DNA from: Pristiophorus japonicus
Taxonomy: Eukaryota
Reading direction: 5' to 3'
Length of the DNA: 64,000 bases
NCBI RefSeq assembly: GCF_044704955.1
Contig: NC_091979.1
Coordinates: 319,424,001 to 319,488,000 of the forward strand
Translations under genes and position numbers: made by a program
Shown here: positions 10,562 through 23,709 of the stretch, piece by piece
How the letters are laid out: each line of letters starts with the position of its first letter
How positions within the stretch are numbered: the stretch's first letter is position 1
The notes under the pieces: generated by a model
The model's database searches: none
Told to the model about the DNA's origin: nothing
What the model saw: the letters and a program-made list of their open reading frames with translations, nothing else

Positions 10562-11705
10562 CTGGATTGCGGTTACTGGGATCACACACAGATGAGTTCC
10601 TCACGGGCAGCCTGGGCAGAAAGGGACTGTCTAGGTTGTCTCCTCCCTTTCTCTTCCTCCTTTTCCTCTTCCTCCTCCTCCTCCTCCTGCTCATGCTCCT
10701 GACCCTCAGCTGCTTGCTGTATAGCAGGTGGCAAGCGCTGTGCCCTCATGATGGCGAGGTTGTGCAACATGCAGCAGACCACCACGAATCTTGACACCCG
10801 CTCTGGTGAGTACTACAGGGCCCCTCCAGAATGGTCCAGGCAGCGGAACTATTATTTCAGCATCCCAGTGGCCTGCTCCAGCACATTTTGTGTGGTAGCA
10901 CGGCTTTCATTGGCTTGTGCACCAGAGTCATCAGCCATATGGTCAGCAGATGGACCTTGTCGCCCAGTAGCCACCCTTTGGCTTTCCATTTTGGCTCAAG
11001 TGCAGCTGGCACAGCAGACTGCTGTAGAATGAAGGTGTCATGACTGTTGCCAGGATACCGGGCATTGACCTGCATGTTGTGCTGCCTACAGTCATACACC
11101 AGCTGGACCTTGAGGGAGTGGAATCCCTTTTGGTTCTGGCATGGGGCCCACAAAGTAATGTACGTGCAGCCAATGGCACCCCACACCATGGGGAGGCCTG
11201 CAATCCTAGCGAAGCCTCGTGCTCGCTTCCCCTGCTTGTCTCTGGCGAGAGAGAATGAAATGTAGTCAGAGATCTTTGAATAGAGAGACTCCGTGACCTC
11301 CTTTAACCAACAATGGATGGACAACTGCGAGATGTTGCAAATATCTCCAGCTCCAGCCTGGAAGGAGCCAGACCCATAAATGTTCATCGCCATGGTCACC
11401 TTCCCAGCCACTGGTAATGTGGTCCGTGCCCTGCTCTGAGGTTACAGTTGTGGTTGCAGGAGGTGGCAGATTTCAGTGAGGTCGTCCTTACTGAAGCGAA
11501 GGCGTCTCACACATTGTTTCTCATTGAGGTTCATATGGAAGAATTGCTCCCTAAACACCCTGGATATGGCCTGCTGCTGAAAGCCCTTCTCCCCATCCTC
11601 CTCCCCCCTCTTCCAGTAGATTGTCCTGCTCTGTGTGCCCTCTGTTCATTCTCCAAGTCTTGCTGCATTCCAAGGGGAATGCCTACTAGTGCACGCATGT
11701 CTGGG
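10562..11705 (-). mobile_element. PIF/Harbinger transposase pseudogene
   Basis: YGSGSFQAGAGDICNISQ, GAIGCTYI (GAIDCTHI), NARYPGNSHD, WLLGD, CCMLHNLA and an acidic tail. Frameshifted. Confidence 0.88.
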
Positions 11706-13189
11706 AGCAACTGGTTTGTGTAGAAGCTTCGAAGGCAGTCCTTCAGCATCTGCCACACCGCTCTCTGTAGTCTTTTGCAACTTGAAACAACTGTAGAAAG
11801 TACCAAACACTTGTAGACTCGTAGCAACATCCAGAAGAAATCAAGTTTCTGACTCAGAGACGAGAGAGCTACCACTGAGCCAAAGCTGACACAGGCACTT
11901 GTTCAATTGACTGAGTTTGGTTTTCCCGATGGCTCATCTGGTTAAAGCTGTGAATAGCTCAGCCATATAAGCAGAAAGATCGCAGGATCCGAGTCTGGAT
12001 TCCTGCTAGCTGCAAGTTCTCCAGTATCAGCGGCTTGAGCCTTTGACGATCTTTGCTGTGCCCTTCTTGTGCCTGCTCCTCTCCTGCGATATTGGACTCC
12101 TGCTGGCTGCTGACTTTGCTCGAGGGACAATTGCACCGGCCTCAGATGTTCCCCGGCCTCCAAACTGCACAGCAACCATCAGCTGCACAGAGGAAAACAC
12201 TGAAACAAGGAATCCCCTCTGGGAACAGTCTCTCCGCACGGCACAAACAAACAGGTAACTCTATTCCACCTTGTTTACACATCATAGACAAAACCTTTAG
12301 GTTCCGTCAATCACCTATCTAACCTATCCTGTCCTCTGTGAAAAAAGTTTCTCCTGCTCCCTGTCCTAAATCTCTTACATTAAACATTGAGGTGGAGAAA
12401 TTCGGGAGTGGTGTTAATGTTTTTCAACTTTTTAACAATGTGTGTTTTGTGTTCCAGGAAGGAAGTTGAGCACCAAATCCGAGAGAGCAACAGGAGGCAG
12501 GCTGGGCGGTACTTGTGCAGTGCTGTACAATGGGCCATGCAGCAGTGCTGCGTTGGAAGGCTCCTTCCCTCCCAGGCTCTGCAAGGGGAATACTTACCTG
12601 GTCCCCGACGGCAGACACGACACGGCCCGATCAGCCCAATGCACTGCAGCTGAGTGCCAGGACGATTGATCATGACGGAAGGGGATTGAAAATAATCAAT
12701 TTGCAGCATTTCACAAATGTTTTAAATTATCTCGGCCACCTCGCCATTAAGCATCGCCTCCCGATGAACATGTCCTGCAACTGTCGGTGTCTTCGGCCGG
12801 CGAAGCTGCAGGGGACGGAATAGAAGTTCGGGTTCGGGGTGATGCACACGGCAATGATGTCATGGTCTCTGGGCGAATCGCGGTACAATGTGGGTGTCGA
12901 TCATCTCGCCACGCCCGGTCAGTAAGTGGTTAATGCATCCTGATCAGCCCCTGGAGGCAATAACAGGAGGCGCTAAGGAGCCAATTTCTAGGCCGAGGTC
13001 TATGTTCCCTTGTTCTAGATACCACAACTGCTAGACACAGTCAGTTTCAATCTACACTGTCCCATCCTTTCATAATGTTAAATACCTCTATCAAATCAGC
13101 CCATAATTCTCCAATTAATGAAAACAGACCTGAATTTTTTGGCTCCATCTGTAGTGATGACTATAGTTGAATAGTCTGCTCATTACCCG

Positions 13190-13700
13190 ATCCCCCATCC
13201 TCGACTCCCCCTCCCACCACTCCCTCCGCGACACCCTGGTCATTCCGCAATTACCCCCAGCAACCCCTCCCTTCCCACGGTACCTTCACATGCCAGCACA
13301 GGAGATGCAACACCTGTCCTTTTGCCTCCTCCCTTCCCACTATCCAGGGCCCCAAACACTCCTTCCCCGTGAAACAGCAATTTACTTGTAACTCTTTCAA
13401 TTTAGTATTCACCGTATTCGCTGCTCACGATGTGGTCCCCTCGACAACGGGCAGAGCAAATGCAGATGGGGTGACCACTTTGCAGAATCTCTTTGTTCAG
13501 TCCGTAAGCGTGACCCTGAGCTTCCGGTTGCCTCACTTTATTTCTCCACTTCATTCCGACTCTGACCTCCCCGACCTCGGCCTCCGACACTGTTTGAATG
13601 AAGCTCGACGCAAACTCAAGGAGCAGAAGCTCATCTTTCGTTTCGGCACTTTACAGCCTTCTCAACTCAACATCCAGTTCCACAATTTCAGACCAGAACC
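13190..13700 (+). mobile_element. Penelope-like element fragment (GIY-YIG endonuclease end)
   Basis: Across frameshifts it reads C..RRCNTCPF, IQGPKHSFPVKQQFTCNSFNLV, and RKLKEQKLIFRFGTLQP..LNI.F. Confidence 0.75.
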
Positions 13701-14756
13701 TCTGCCCGTCTTTTGTTCACTTTCCTCCCTTTTTATTACAATGCCCACCCCCTTTTTATTTATTTTTCTCTCTTTCCCACGGCAATCGGTGATGATTCCA
13801 CCATTCATACCCCATCTGACTCAACTTTTGTTTCCTAACTTGTACCATTACCATCTCATTTTTGTCTCTTAAATCCCTCCTGTCTTCCAGCCGATCACAG
13901 AACGTCCCTTTTGTTCTTCCTCCACTCCCCTGTTCAGTGTCCCTGCACTTCCTTAATAATCTGTTACAGTTCAAACTTTCCCAGTAAAAATACAAACAAA
14001 AAAATGCCTAAAAAGTTGCTGCCCCTTTAAGGCTCTGTCATGGAACCCTTAAAGGAACAGTGACTTTTAAAGGAAAGTTCCTTTCCTTAGGACCACTCCA
14101 AATAGGCTCACAAAGCAAATAACAGGATCATGGGGAGATCCAACTGAAAAGGCTGGGAAATTTCACCTTTGCCCTGTTTAAATATTTTAAAGTAACTTGT
14201 GGCTCACACACTTTGTTTAAGAGCAGCCTTAAGCAGGAAATTCTGAGAGCTGGTAAATCGCCTCATTGGCCTTGCTGTCTGGGACACTTCCCCTTAAACC
14301 CCTGTACCTTGCTCCTTCTCGCCCCACCAACAAAACCTGCTAAAAATCTACCTGTCTAACCTTTCACCTTTCCTTTACTATTGCTGGGTATCCATTCCCC
14401 CTCTATGGATCATCTTGGGACATTTACTGTAACATTAAAGGCACTAAATAAATGTAAGCTCTGATCCGTTATTGTGTGAAACTACCTCAATATGGTATCT
14501 GTGTGACTCGTTCAGTGAAAATATTGCTATAAATGTGCACAAATTAAGGGTTTTAATTTGCAGTTTAAGTAAAAAGTTGGGGAGCAGGATAGAATTGCAG
14601 ATGCACCATCAGAAAATTGAAACAAAATTCCAATGGATTTACTCTCCCAGAGAAACCCTTCGTGGAGCAACAAATGGGCTGGATTTTCAAACAAATCTGG
14701 AAATAAATATAAAAGTTCATTTTAAAATGTAAAATCTCGAAGGGCTATAAGAATAA

Positions 14757-15615
14757 ATGTGAAACACAGTATTCTGGCTGACTGGATATACCATGTGCTC
14801 TCATCGGTAAGTGGAAGATTAATATTATCAGATCACAGCTCAGTCTATAAAGCACAGGACACATTCAAACAAATCTGTGACCAGTACTGAACATAAATAA
14901 TAGATTTATAGTAAATGTAGACTTTATTCTTCCTCTGGGAATCAATACAAGATGGAAGCTTCTCCTGCGACCTTGACATTAAATTAGCCCTTGACACACA
15001 CTTGCTCTATTTCTCACATACCACAGGGTTCTCTCAATAGCCCTGTATTTCTACTGGTTTCAGACTGGGCAGACGGCCAAACACAAGCCTTCGCTCACAA
15101 ACCCTGCAGATTGCGACACGGGGCTTATACTTGGCCACCTGCACTCAGTTCAACAGTCAGCCTGAAGTCAGCAGAGATACAGAGCTGTCCATCAATGGTC
15201 TACAAAGATCCATGGCCGTGACCCTCTCACACACCTGGCTCAAGTCTTCCACACAAACCTGGCTGTCAATCGAGCCTATTACTTCAGAAATATCCTCCAG
15301 AATATCGATTACTCAGGATGTCTGAATTGAATGGAACGACTCACCTCATCGATCTGAGCCAAACAAGGGGAATAATGAATCCCTTTGTATTTTTAGCTCA
15401 AATAACATGCTTGATCTGTGTAATCTACTGGTTCAGATAGAATCAACAGCACGGTGCAAGCTTTTCTACTTCATTCCAACTTTTATCTATCATTGTATTA
15501 AAATCGTCGACTTTTGGGCCCTTTTCTGTGCTCATTGCAAGAGATCTGATTGGTCCATCAGAATCACATGAGCCACAACTCTGTTACCCTTACACGCATG
15601 GTGACATTCCCCCTT
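14757..15615 (-). mobile_element. Possible LTR remnant on the minus strand
   Basis: Minus-strand polypurine tract AAGGGGGAA (15607-15615) is followed directly by TGT. A minus-strand AATAAA lies near 14923. The left boundary is a guess. Confidence 0.3.
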
Positions 15616-16734
15616 GAAGTAGTAATTGCTGAGTGTTAGGTGATTGAAGTGCTTTGAGAAAACATATAAAGGTGAGACTACCTACGATGAGTGGAATATA
15701 GCTCCACCTAGTGGACTACTGCTCCACCTAGTGGACCACTGTGGTAATTTTGTGGTGGATTTCAAAATTGAATGCATTTTCTCATGATTGTGATTCAGAA
15801 TTACGTTCTCTTGGAAACTTCCTTAAATGGCCTCATTTTAAGATCACTCGGTTGGTTTTATATTCGTCAGCTAACATTTATTTGTGGGGCCACTAAGATC
15901 TGGGTTCCTAGGTTCCTCAGCCGAGAATGGCTGTTTCTCCATGTTCCCAGCATATCACTCACTCCAGTATTGGCCCTGAAATTCGGCCGGAGGTTTCTTC
16001 CGGACAAACGCCTTTGACCGGAGAATTTTAACGTAATTACCTGGTGGTTCCGGAGGAGCGTGGGATTCCGGTGGGGAGGCCTTCTCTTCCCGTGCTGCGA
16101 AGTGTGCTCCACTCCTCCGGGTTCCCACGGAGACGGTGCAATCACGTGTGACTGCTCAGCCAATCAGGTCCAGTATTAGCAATGGGAGCTCCGTATCGAC
16201 CAGTTCTATCGCTATTAATGAGGGAAACAAAACACACTAAACACCACAATAAAAAATAAAAAACACACCGAACATAATTAAAATTAATTGAAATTAAAGT
16301 TAATAAATGCCTTAGAAAAAATATATATTGTTCCCATTTTTTTTAAAGTTTTGTAATGAAGGTTAAAAATAAACTTACCTTTGTGGGCAGGGTTTTTAAC
16401 AATAAAATGTGCTTTTTTAATTTAATGTTATTATATTTTTGAGTATTTTAAAACTCTTACACCTGTAAAAGTCGGCTATGTGCCTGCTTTTATCAGGCGC
16501 AAGAGTTTTGAGGACATTTGCTGGGCAAGATTTGGGTAAATCCTGCAATCTTGCCCGTACAAATGTCCTCGCTCCTGAGATGTGTGCGATCTGTCGAGCT
16601 CCAGCTGGACAGATCGGAAAAGCTGCTTTTCAGCGCGTGCGCATTGTGCGCTGAAAACCGGCTTTTGCGATGCCTTCCCCGGTCCGTACACACTCCGTAC
16701 AGACCCGGGGAGGTCGGGATTTCCAGGCCAACAT

Positions 16735-17110
16735 CATCAAACCGGGGACCAACCCTGGTTCAATGAGAAGTGTGGAAGAGCTTGACACGAGCAGGTCTAA
16801 CAACACTCAATAAGCACGATGCCACCTTGACAGCCCGCTTGATTGGTATCCCATCCACCACCTTGAACATTGACTCTCTCCACCACCAGCGCATCGTGGC
16901 TGCCGTGTGTATCATCGATAAGATGGACTGCAGCAACTCGCCAAGGCTTCTTCGACAGCACCTCCCAAACCCGCGACCTCTACCACCTAGAAGGACATGG
17001 GCAGCAGGCGGATGGGAACGCCACCACCAACAAGTTCCCCTGCAAGTCACACACTAGCCTGACTTGGAAGCATATCGTCTTTCCTTCATCATTGCTGGGT
17101 CAAGCTCCTG
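16735..17110 (+). mobile_element. CR1/L2-clade LINE 3' fragment
   Basis: ARLIGIPSTTLNIDSLHHQRIVAAVC. A related copy lies on the minus strand at about 46050-46500. Confidence 0.6.
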
Positions 17111-17476
17111 TAAAATAAAAATTATAAAAAGGAGAGAGGGACAGGAGGGTGAAGAGGGTGAGGTAGCATCCTTCCTCCTGTGGGCACAGGACATCCATCT
17201 GTCTCTAGATCATCTCCACCAGGACCTCCATTGCTGCATCCAAGAACATGTGCATCCTCTCACTCAGTCCCTGAGTCATCCTGCAACGTGCCACTGCGTG
17301 CCAGCCAGAGCACTGCTCCAGTGGAAGTGAGCGCGAGGAGCCCACACATACTGCTGCAAGAAAAGCTAGCCTGCTCTACTTAAAGGTTGTCTGCACCTCT
17401 TAAAGGGAAGGTGCATTCTGCCTGCAGCAGATCATTCAACTGGCTGAGGAAGACAGTCCAAAAAAATCATATAATA

Positions 17477-17720
17477 ATGGCACAACAGGTGAGAGAGCAT
17501 GCACAAAGGTTCTCTGATGCAGCACTGGAGGCCTTTGTGCAGGAGGTCAACTCGAGGAGAGAGGTGCTGCTCCCACAGGGGGCCCAGGAGGTCCTCCAGG
17601 CAGCAGACCAAAGTGCAGTGGGAACAGCTAGACAATGTGATGAATACCAGCAGTGTAGCACCTAGGACATGGACACAGTGCAGGAAGAAGTTTAATGACC
17701 TCATATGAGTATTCAAGGTC
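17477..17720 (+). pseudogene. Harbinger Myb/SANT-like DNA-binding gene, exon 1 remnant
   Basis: RFSDAALEAFVQEVNSRREVL...W..L..V.....RTWTQCRKKFNDL followed by donor AAG|gtcagt. Frameshifted. Downstream exons resume at about 22452-22990. Confidence 0.75.
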
Positions 17721-17979
17721 AGTAAAATTATCTTCAAATTCTATATCCCACCAACTGGTCCAGTAGCCTTCAACATTATTAATTCACCAAAACCCCATCA
17801 ATCACCTACAAAGCATTTCTATCAATCACAACTCAGATCTCACATTCATAACTTTACATTACCCTCACACATTACCACTGCTGCATGTCTCAAACCCAAA
17901 TCTCACAACTTACACACACTGACAGCTATTCAACTATGACAGACATATCACCCAAACACATTGCACCTGACACCTTTCC

Positions 17980-20900
17980 TGTCATGTATCTCACACTACT
18001 GTACATAACTGTATCTTACCATGCTATACATGACTGTAACTAGATATGACCTGTAACCACAAGCATACCTTACCACCAGGGGTGCACTTGCAGGAGACAC
18101 TGCATACCTGTTCCACACAGGTATATAAAGGCAGGTCTCAGGCAAGTGTGGCACTCGAGAGCTGTGAAATAAAGGTGCAGGTCCAGAGTGACCTTGACTT
18201 CAGCATTGCCTTGTGTAAGTCTGTACTGCAGGGTCAGGACTTTACAGTGGCGACGAGTTACGGGATCACAGAATCCACAGAATGGCTACCAACGGCTCAG
18301 ATGAGAAATACAATGCCGGAGACAATTGGGAGGACTTTATAGAAAGACTCCAGCAAAGCTTTGTAACCAAAGACGATGAGGCAGACAAGAGAAGAGCCCA
18401 TCTCTTGACCAGCTGTGGCTCGAAAACATACGCCTTAATGAAGGACCTGCTGGCACCCGAGAAACCAGCAAGCAAGTCGTTTGAGGAGTTGAGCACACTG
18501 GTGAGAGACCACCTGAAGCCAGTGAGCAGCCTACACATGGCCAGACACAGGTTCTACAACTACAGACGCTGTGTACAGAGCATACCCGACTTTGTGGCGG
18601 AACTTCGGAGGCTGGCTAGTTTATGTGAGTTCTCCGATGAACTAAGGAGAGAAGTACCGAGAGACTTTTTTATTGAAGGAATAGGCCATGCAGGCATATT
18701 CCGAAAGCTTATAGAGACCAAGAACTTGACTTTAGAGGCAGCAGCACTGGTCGCACAGACATTCTTGGCAGGAGAAGAAGAAACGAGGTTGATCTATACT
18801 GCGGGTACGACAACTAACGAAACATCAGAACAAGGGGTTCAAAGTGTGAATCAAGCCACTACCCCCACACACAGACAAAGACAGGAGAGCAGGTCTTCAA
18901 CAGCAGGCAGTGGCGCCAGAAGCCATCAAGGTCCACATGAACGGCCGTTCACACCTCATCAACCCACAATGCGAGCAATCAACTACAGACTGAGAGAAGC
19001 TCAAGAGAGACCAGCCAGACGCAGCTTATCCTTCGGAAACAATGGAAGCGGTCTGTGCTGGAGATGTGGGGGAAGGCACTCAACAGGGGGTGTCGATTTC
19101 AGCATGCTGTTTGCAGAAACTGCAACTATACAGGGCATCTGGCTCGCATGTGCAGAAAAACAACAGCTCGGCTGATATACGAATCGGATGGGTCGGAAAG
19201 CGGACCAGAAGACGGTGGGGACAGTGCCCGGGATGCTGGGGTACAGCGGGTCAACACGATCAATGTCCACTGTTCTTACAACAAGGCGCCTCCAATAATG
19301 ATGAGGGTCCTTCTCAACGGGATACCCATCAACATGGAACTGGACACGGGAGCTAGTCAATCTCTCATGAGCGTCCAACAATTTGAACAGCTGTGGCCGC
19401 AAAAGCAACAGACCAAAACTCACAAGGATCGACACCAAACTAAGGACCTATACCAAAGAAATCGTCCCAATCCTTGGCAGCACCATGCTCTCAGTCACAC
19501 ACAAAGGGACGGTGAACCAACTTCCCCTGTGGATTGTGCCCGGAGATCTCCCAGCACTGTTGGGGAGAAGCTGGCTGGCAAAACTAAATTGAAAATGGGA
19601 TGATGTTTACGCCATGTCGTCAGAGGAACGGACCTCCTGCTCAACAGTTTTAAGTCGTTTTGAACATCTCTTTCAGCCAGTTGTGGGCACCTTCAAAGGG
19701 GCTAAAGTTAAAATCTACAACACACAGGATGCCAGACCGGTCCATCACAAGGCTAGAGCTGTGCCTTCTGTGATGAGGGAAAAGATTGAACACGAACTGG
19801 ACCGGCTTCTGCGGGAAGGCATTATCTAACCCGTGGAATTTAGCGACTGGGCAAGTCACATCATTCCCGTCATGAAGCCTGATGGATCCATACGAATCTG
19901 TGGGGATTACAAGTCTACCATAAACAGAGTCTCCCTACAGGACCAATACCCGCTGCCCAGAGTGGAGGACCTATTTGCCACATTGGCTGGAGGAAAACTT
20001 CTCTCGAAACTAGATCTCACATCTGCGTATATGACACAAGAACTGACCGAAGAGTCTAAGCTACTCACCACCATCAACACACATCGAGGCCTTTTTGTGT
20101 ACAATCAATGCCCATTCGGCATCAGGTTGGCAGCTGCTATATTCCAGCGCAACATGGAGAGTCTGCCCAAGTCCATCCCGGGGACGGTTGTGTTTCAAGA
20201 TGACATACTCATCACGGGCAGGGACACCGACTCCCATCTCTGCAATTTGGAGCAAGTACCAAGTCGATTGGACCGGGTAGGCCTAAGAGTTAAGAAATCC
20301 AAGTGTCTGTTTCTCGCGCCCGAGGTTGAATTTTTGGGCAGAAGGACTCCGCCCAACAGAATCCAAAACCGAAGCAATTCGTCTGGCACCCAGGCCCCGG
20401 AACTGCACGCCTTTCTCGGGCGACTCAATTACTTTGGGAGCTTTATGCAGAACTTGAGCTGGCTGCTGGAGCCTCTCCACGTGCTACTCAGAAAGGGGTG
20501 CGATTGGTTTTGGGGAAATGCCCAAGAATGTGCCTTCAATAAGGCATGCGTCAGCATATGGGGTCAGGTGCGTTTTACAGCATGTCAATGATGCAGGTAA
20601 ATTACAACCCATTGCTTATGCCTCCAGGTCACTTTCGCGGGCGGAGCGCGGGTATAGTATGGTTGAGAAGGAGGCGCTCGCGTGCGTGTATGGTGTCAAA
20701 AAGATGCACCAATATCTTTTCGGGGCCAAGTTCGCATTAGAAACTGACCACAAACCCCTCACATCCCTGCTATCCGAGTGCAAAGCAATAAATGCCAATG
20801 CCTCGGCGTGTATTCAGCGGTGGGCACTCATGCTGGCGTCCTACGACTATACCATAAGGCACAGACCAGGCACAGACACGCGCTTAGCAGGCTACTCCTG

Positions 20901-22441
20901 GTGACCACGGAAGGGTCTGACGAACAGGACTGTGAGATGGTCATGGCAATCAATGCCTTTGAATCCACAGGTTCGCCCATGACGGCTCGTCAAATCAGAG
21001 CCTGGATGACCAGCAACCCCACGTTATCCTTAGTCAAAAGATGTGTTTTAACTGGTGACTGGGCAGAGGCTCGTGATGCCTGCCCCGAGGAGATCAAACC
21101 TTTCCATAGGCGCATGCATGAACTATCACTCCAGGCAGACTGCCTGATGTGGGGCAGCCGAGTAGTTATGCCCTTGCGAGGCAGAGAGGTGTTTGTCCGG
21201 GAGCTCCACCGCGAGCACCCGGGGATCGTCCTTATGAAGGCCATAGCCAGATCCCACGTCTGGTGGCCTGGCATTGACGCGGACTTGGAGCTCTGCGTCC
21301 GGCGGTGCACCATTTGTGCCCAACTCAGTAATGCACCCAGGGAGGCCCCCCTAAGCCCCTGGCCCTGGCCCACCAAACCGTGGTCGCGGGTGCATGTAGA
21401 CTATGCGGGCCCATTCATGGGCAAAATGTTCCTCGTAGTCATCGATGCATTTTCAAAGTGGATCGAGTGCACCGTTTTAAACTCGAGCACCATCTCTACC
21501 ACTGTGGAGAGCCTTAGAACCATGTTTGCAATGCCCGTAATTCCTGACATATTGGTCAGTGATAATGGTCCGTGCTTCACCAGCGCAGAATTTCAAGATT
21601 TTATAGGTGACCACGGCATAAATCATGTTAAGATGGCATTGTTCAAGCTGGCCTCCAATGGCCAGGTGGAACAAGCAGTACAAATCGTTAAACAAGGCAT
21701 GCTAAAAATCCAAGGTCCCATGCTGCAGAGCTGCCTGTCACGACTGCTACTGGCATACAGATCTCGTCCGCATTCGTTGACTGGGGTTCCCCCCGCGCAA
21801 CTGTTGATGAACTGGACCTTAAAGACTAGGCTCTCGTTAATCCTCCCAGACATACATGAAATTGTTGAGGCAAAGTGCCGGAAGCTAACTGAGTACCATG
21901 AACGAAATTTGAGGGGGAGGTGGAATGAGATAGGGGACAAAGTGTTTGTGCTAATCTATGGCAGGGGTCCCAAATTGCTTGCAGGGACAGAAACAGGCAA
22001 GGAAGGAAACAGGCTACTAGTTGTACAAATGGACAATGGCCAAACCTGCTGGGGGCATGTCGACCAAGTAAAAAGTAGATTCACCAACAACACTGCAGAA
22101 CCAGAGGCAGACTACAATGTGGAACTCACACCACACCTGGTGGACAGACAGAGGGAACAACCTGAGAAAAGGGCAGTCTCAACAGACAGCCCAGGCGAGA
22201 TACCAGCAGTCACACCGAAAGAAAAACAGGCACCAAGGCAAACAACTGACCCACAACTAAGACGCTCCATGCGAGAGCGCAGACCACCTGAGAGACTAAA
22301 TCTATAAAGCCAATAAGACCTTGGGGGAGGGTGTGGCAAGTGTGGCACTCGAGAGCTGTGAAATAAAGGTGCAGGTCCAGAGTGACCTTGACTTCAGCAT
22401 GTGCCTTGTTTAAGTCTGTACTGCAGGGTCAGGACGTTACA
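17980..22441 (+). mobile_element. Ty3/Gypsy LTR retrotransposon, near full length and degenerate
   Basis: 5' LTR TG..CA at 17980-18246, PBS TGGCGACGAG at 18248-18257, gag with two CCHC knuckles, protease LDTGA, RT FQDD, RNase H ETDHKPL, integrase HHCC/HVDYAGP/SDNG, PPT at about 22323-22333 and a truncated 3' LTR at 22334-22441. Flanks tttcc/cttcc give a 5-bp TSD with one mismatch. Confidence 0.95.
18282..22307 (+). pseudogene. Gypsy gag-pol, broken by frameshifts and stops
   Basis: Consecutive ORF pieces 18282-19175, 19055-19603, 19614-19829, 19833-20591, 20518-20904 and 20778-22307 run in PR-RT-RH-IN order. Confidence 0.92.
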
Positions 22442-23004
22442 CTTCCTTGTAGGAAAAGGTGGCGCATAACCAGCGCCAACAGAACCTAACCAGTGGGATA
22501 CAGGCTTGCCTGCAGCACCTCACCCACTTGGAGGAGATGGTACAGGCTATTTTTTGGAGGGGCATGGCTGAGCCCGTGGATAGCGGAGGGGTGGAAAGAG
22601 CACATCACACTTGCCCCCTCATCCCACATCCCGAACTAACACTCCGCGGAGTTTAGAGGGTAGATTAGAGGCGGGATCTTCACATGGTGAGTCACCGGGC
22701 GTGAGTGGTCTGCAGCGAGGCAGAGGACAAGGTAGTGCAGGTGCCAGCTCCTTGGAGGGTGAGGGCACATATGAGTTCTGCTGCAGTGGACTCAGATGAG
22801 GCCTTCGATGGGCAGCCGACAGAGAAACATTGATGGGTGTCTGCATAACAAAAGGCTTGGTACATTGGCAGGCCTGCCAGAAAGTCTGAGTGCAATGTCG
22901 AGGAGCATGGAGGAGCACCAAACTTGCACAGGGCTTTGGGCAGAGCTTGGAGCCCATCCTTTCCAGCATGGAAGGTGTGACAGATCCATTATTCATTTGG
23001 GAGG

Positions 23005-23705
23005 CCCTGGGTTCCGAGAGTTCGGGAGGCCTGAGAGTTCGGGAGGTCTGAGAGTTCAGGAGGCCTGAGAATTCGGGAGGTCTGAGTGTTCAGGAGGTCT
23101 GAGAGTTCGGGAGGTCTGAGAGTTCAGGAGGCCTGAGTGTTCAGGAGGTCTGAGTGTTCGGGAGGTCTGAGTGTTCGGGAGGCCTGAGTGTTCAGGAGGT
23201 CTGAGAGTTCAGGAGGCCTGAGTGTTCAGGAGGTCTGAGAGTTCGGGAGGTCTGAGTGTTCAGGAGGTCTGAGAGTTCAGGAGGTCTGAGTGTTCGGGAG
23301 GCCTGAGTGTTCAGGAGGTCTGAGAGTTCAGGAGGTCTGAGTGTTCGGGAGGTCTGAGTGTTCAGGAGGTCTGAGTGTTCAGGAGGTCTGAGAGTTCAGG
23401 AGGCCTGAGTGTTCAGGAGGTCTGAGAGTTCGGGAGGTCTGAGTGTTCGGGAGGCCTGAGAATTCGGGAGGTCTGAGAGTTATGGAGGCCTGAGTGTTCA
23501 GGAGGTCTGAGAGTTCGGGAGGTCTGAGAGTTCGGGAGGTCTGAGAGTTCGGGAGGTCTGAGAGTTCGGGAGGTCTGAGAGTTCAGGAGGCCTGAGTGTT
23601 CGGGAGGTCTGAGAGATCCAGAGGTCCGAGAGTTCGGGAGGTCTGAGAGTTCTGGGGATCCAAGAGTTTGGGAGGTCCCGAGGTCCGAGAGTTTGGGAGG
23701 TCAGG
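23005..23705. repeat. 17-bp minisatellite, about 35-40 units, at the 5' end of a CR1
   Basis: Unit CTGAG(A/T)GTTC(A/G)GGAGG(T/C). It degenerates at the right end into the CR1 5' UTR. Confidence 0.95.
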
Positions 23706-23709
23706 AGTC

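Noticed and set aside
10562-11705. Domesticated HARBI1 or NAIF1/MSANTD host genes
   Set aside because: The copies are multiple, frameshifted and carry a mutated catalytic motif (GAIG for GAID), so they are decayed transposons.
20778-22307. 509-aa integrase ORF as an active or domesticated gene
   Set aside because: It is part of a frameshifted gag-pol. Its N-terminus is out-of-frame sequence and the core has substitutions typical of decay.
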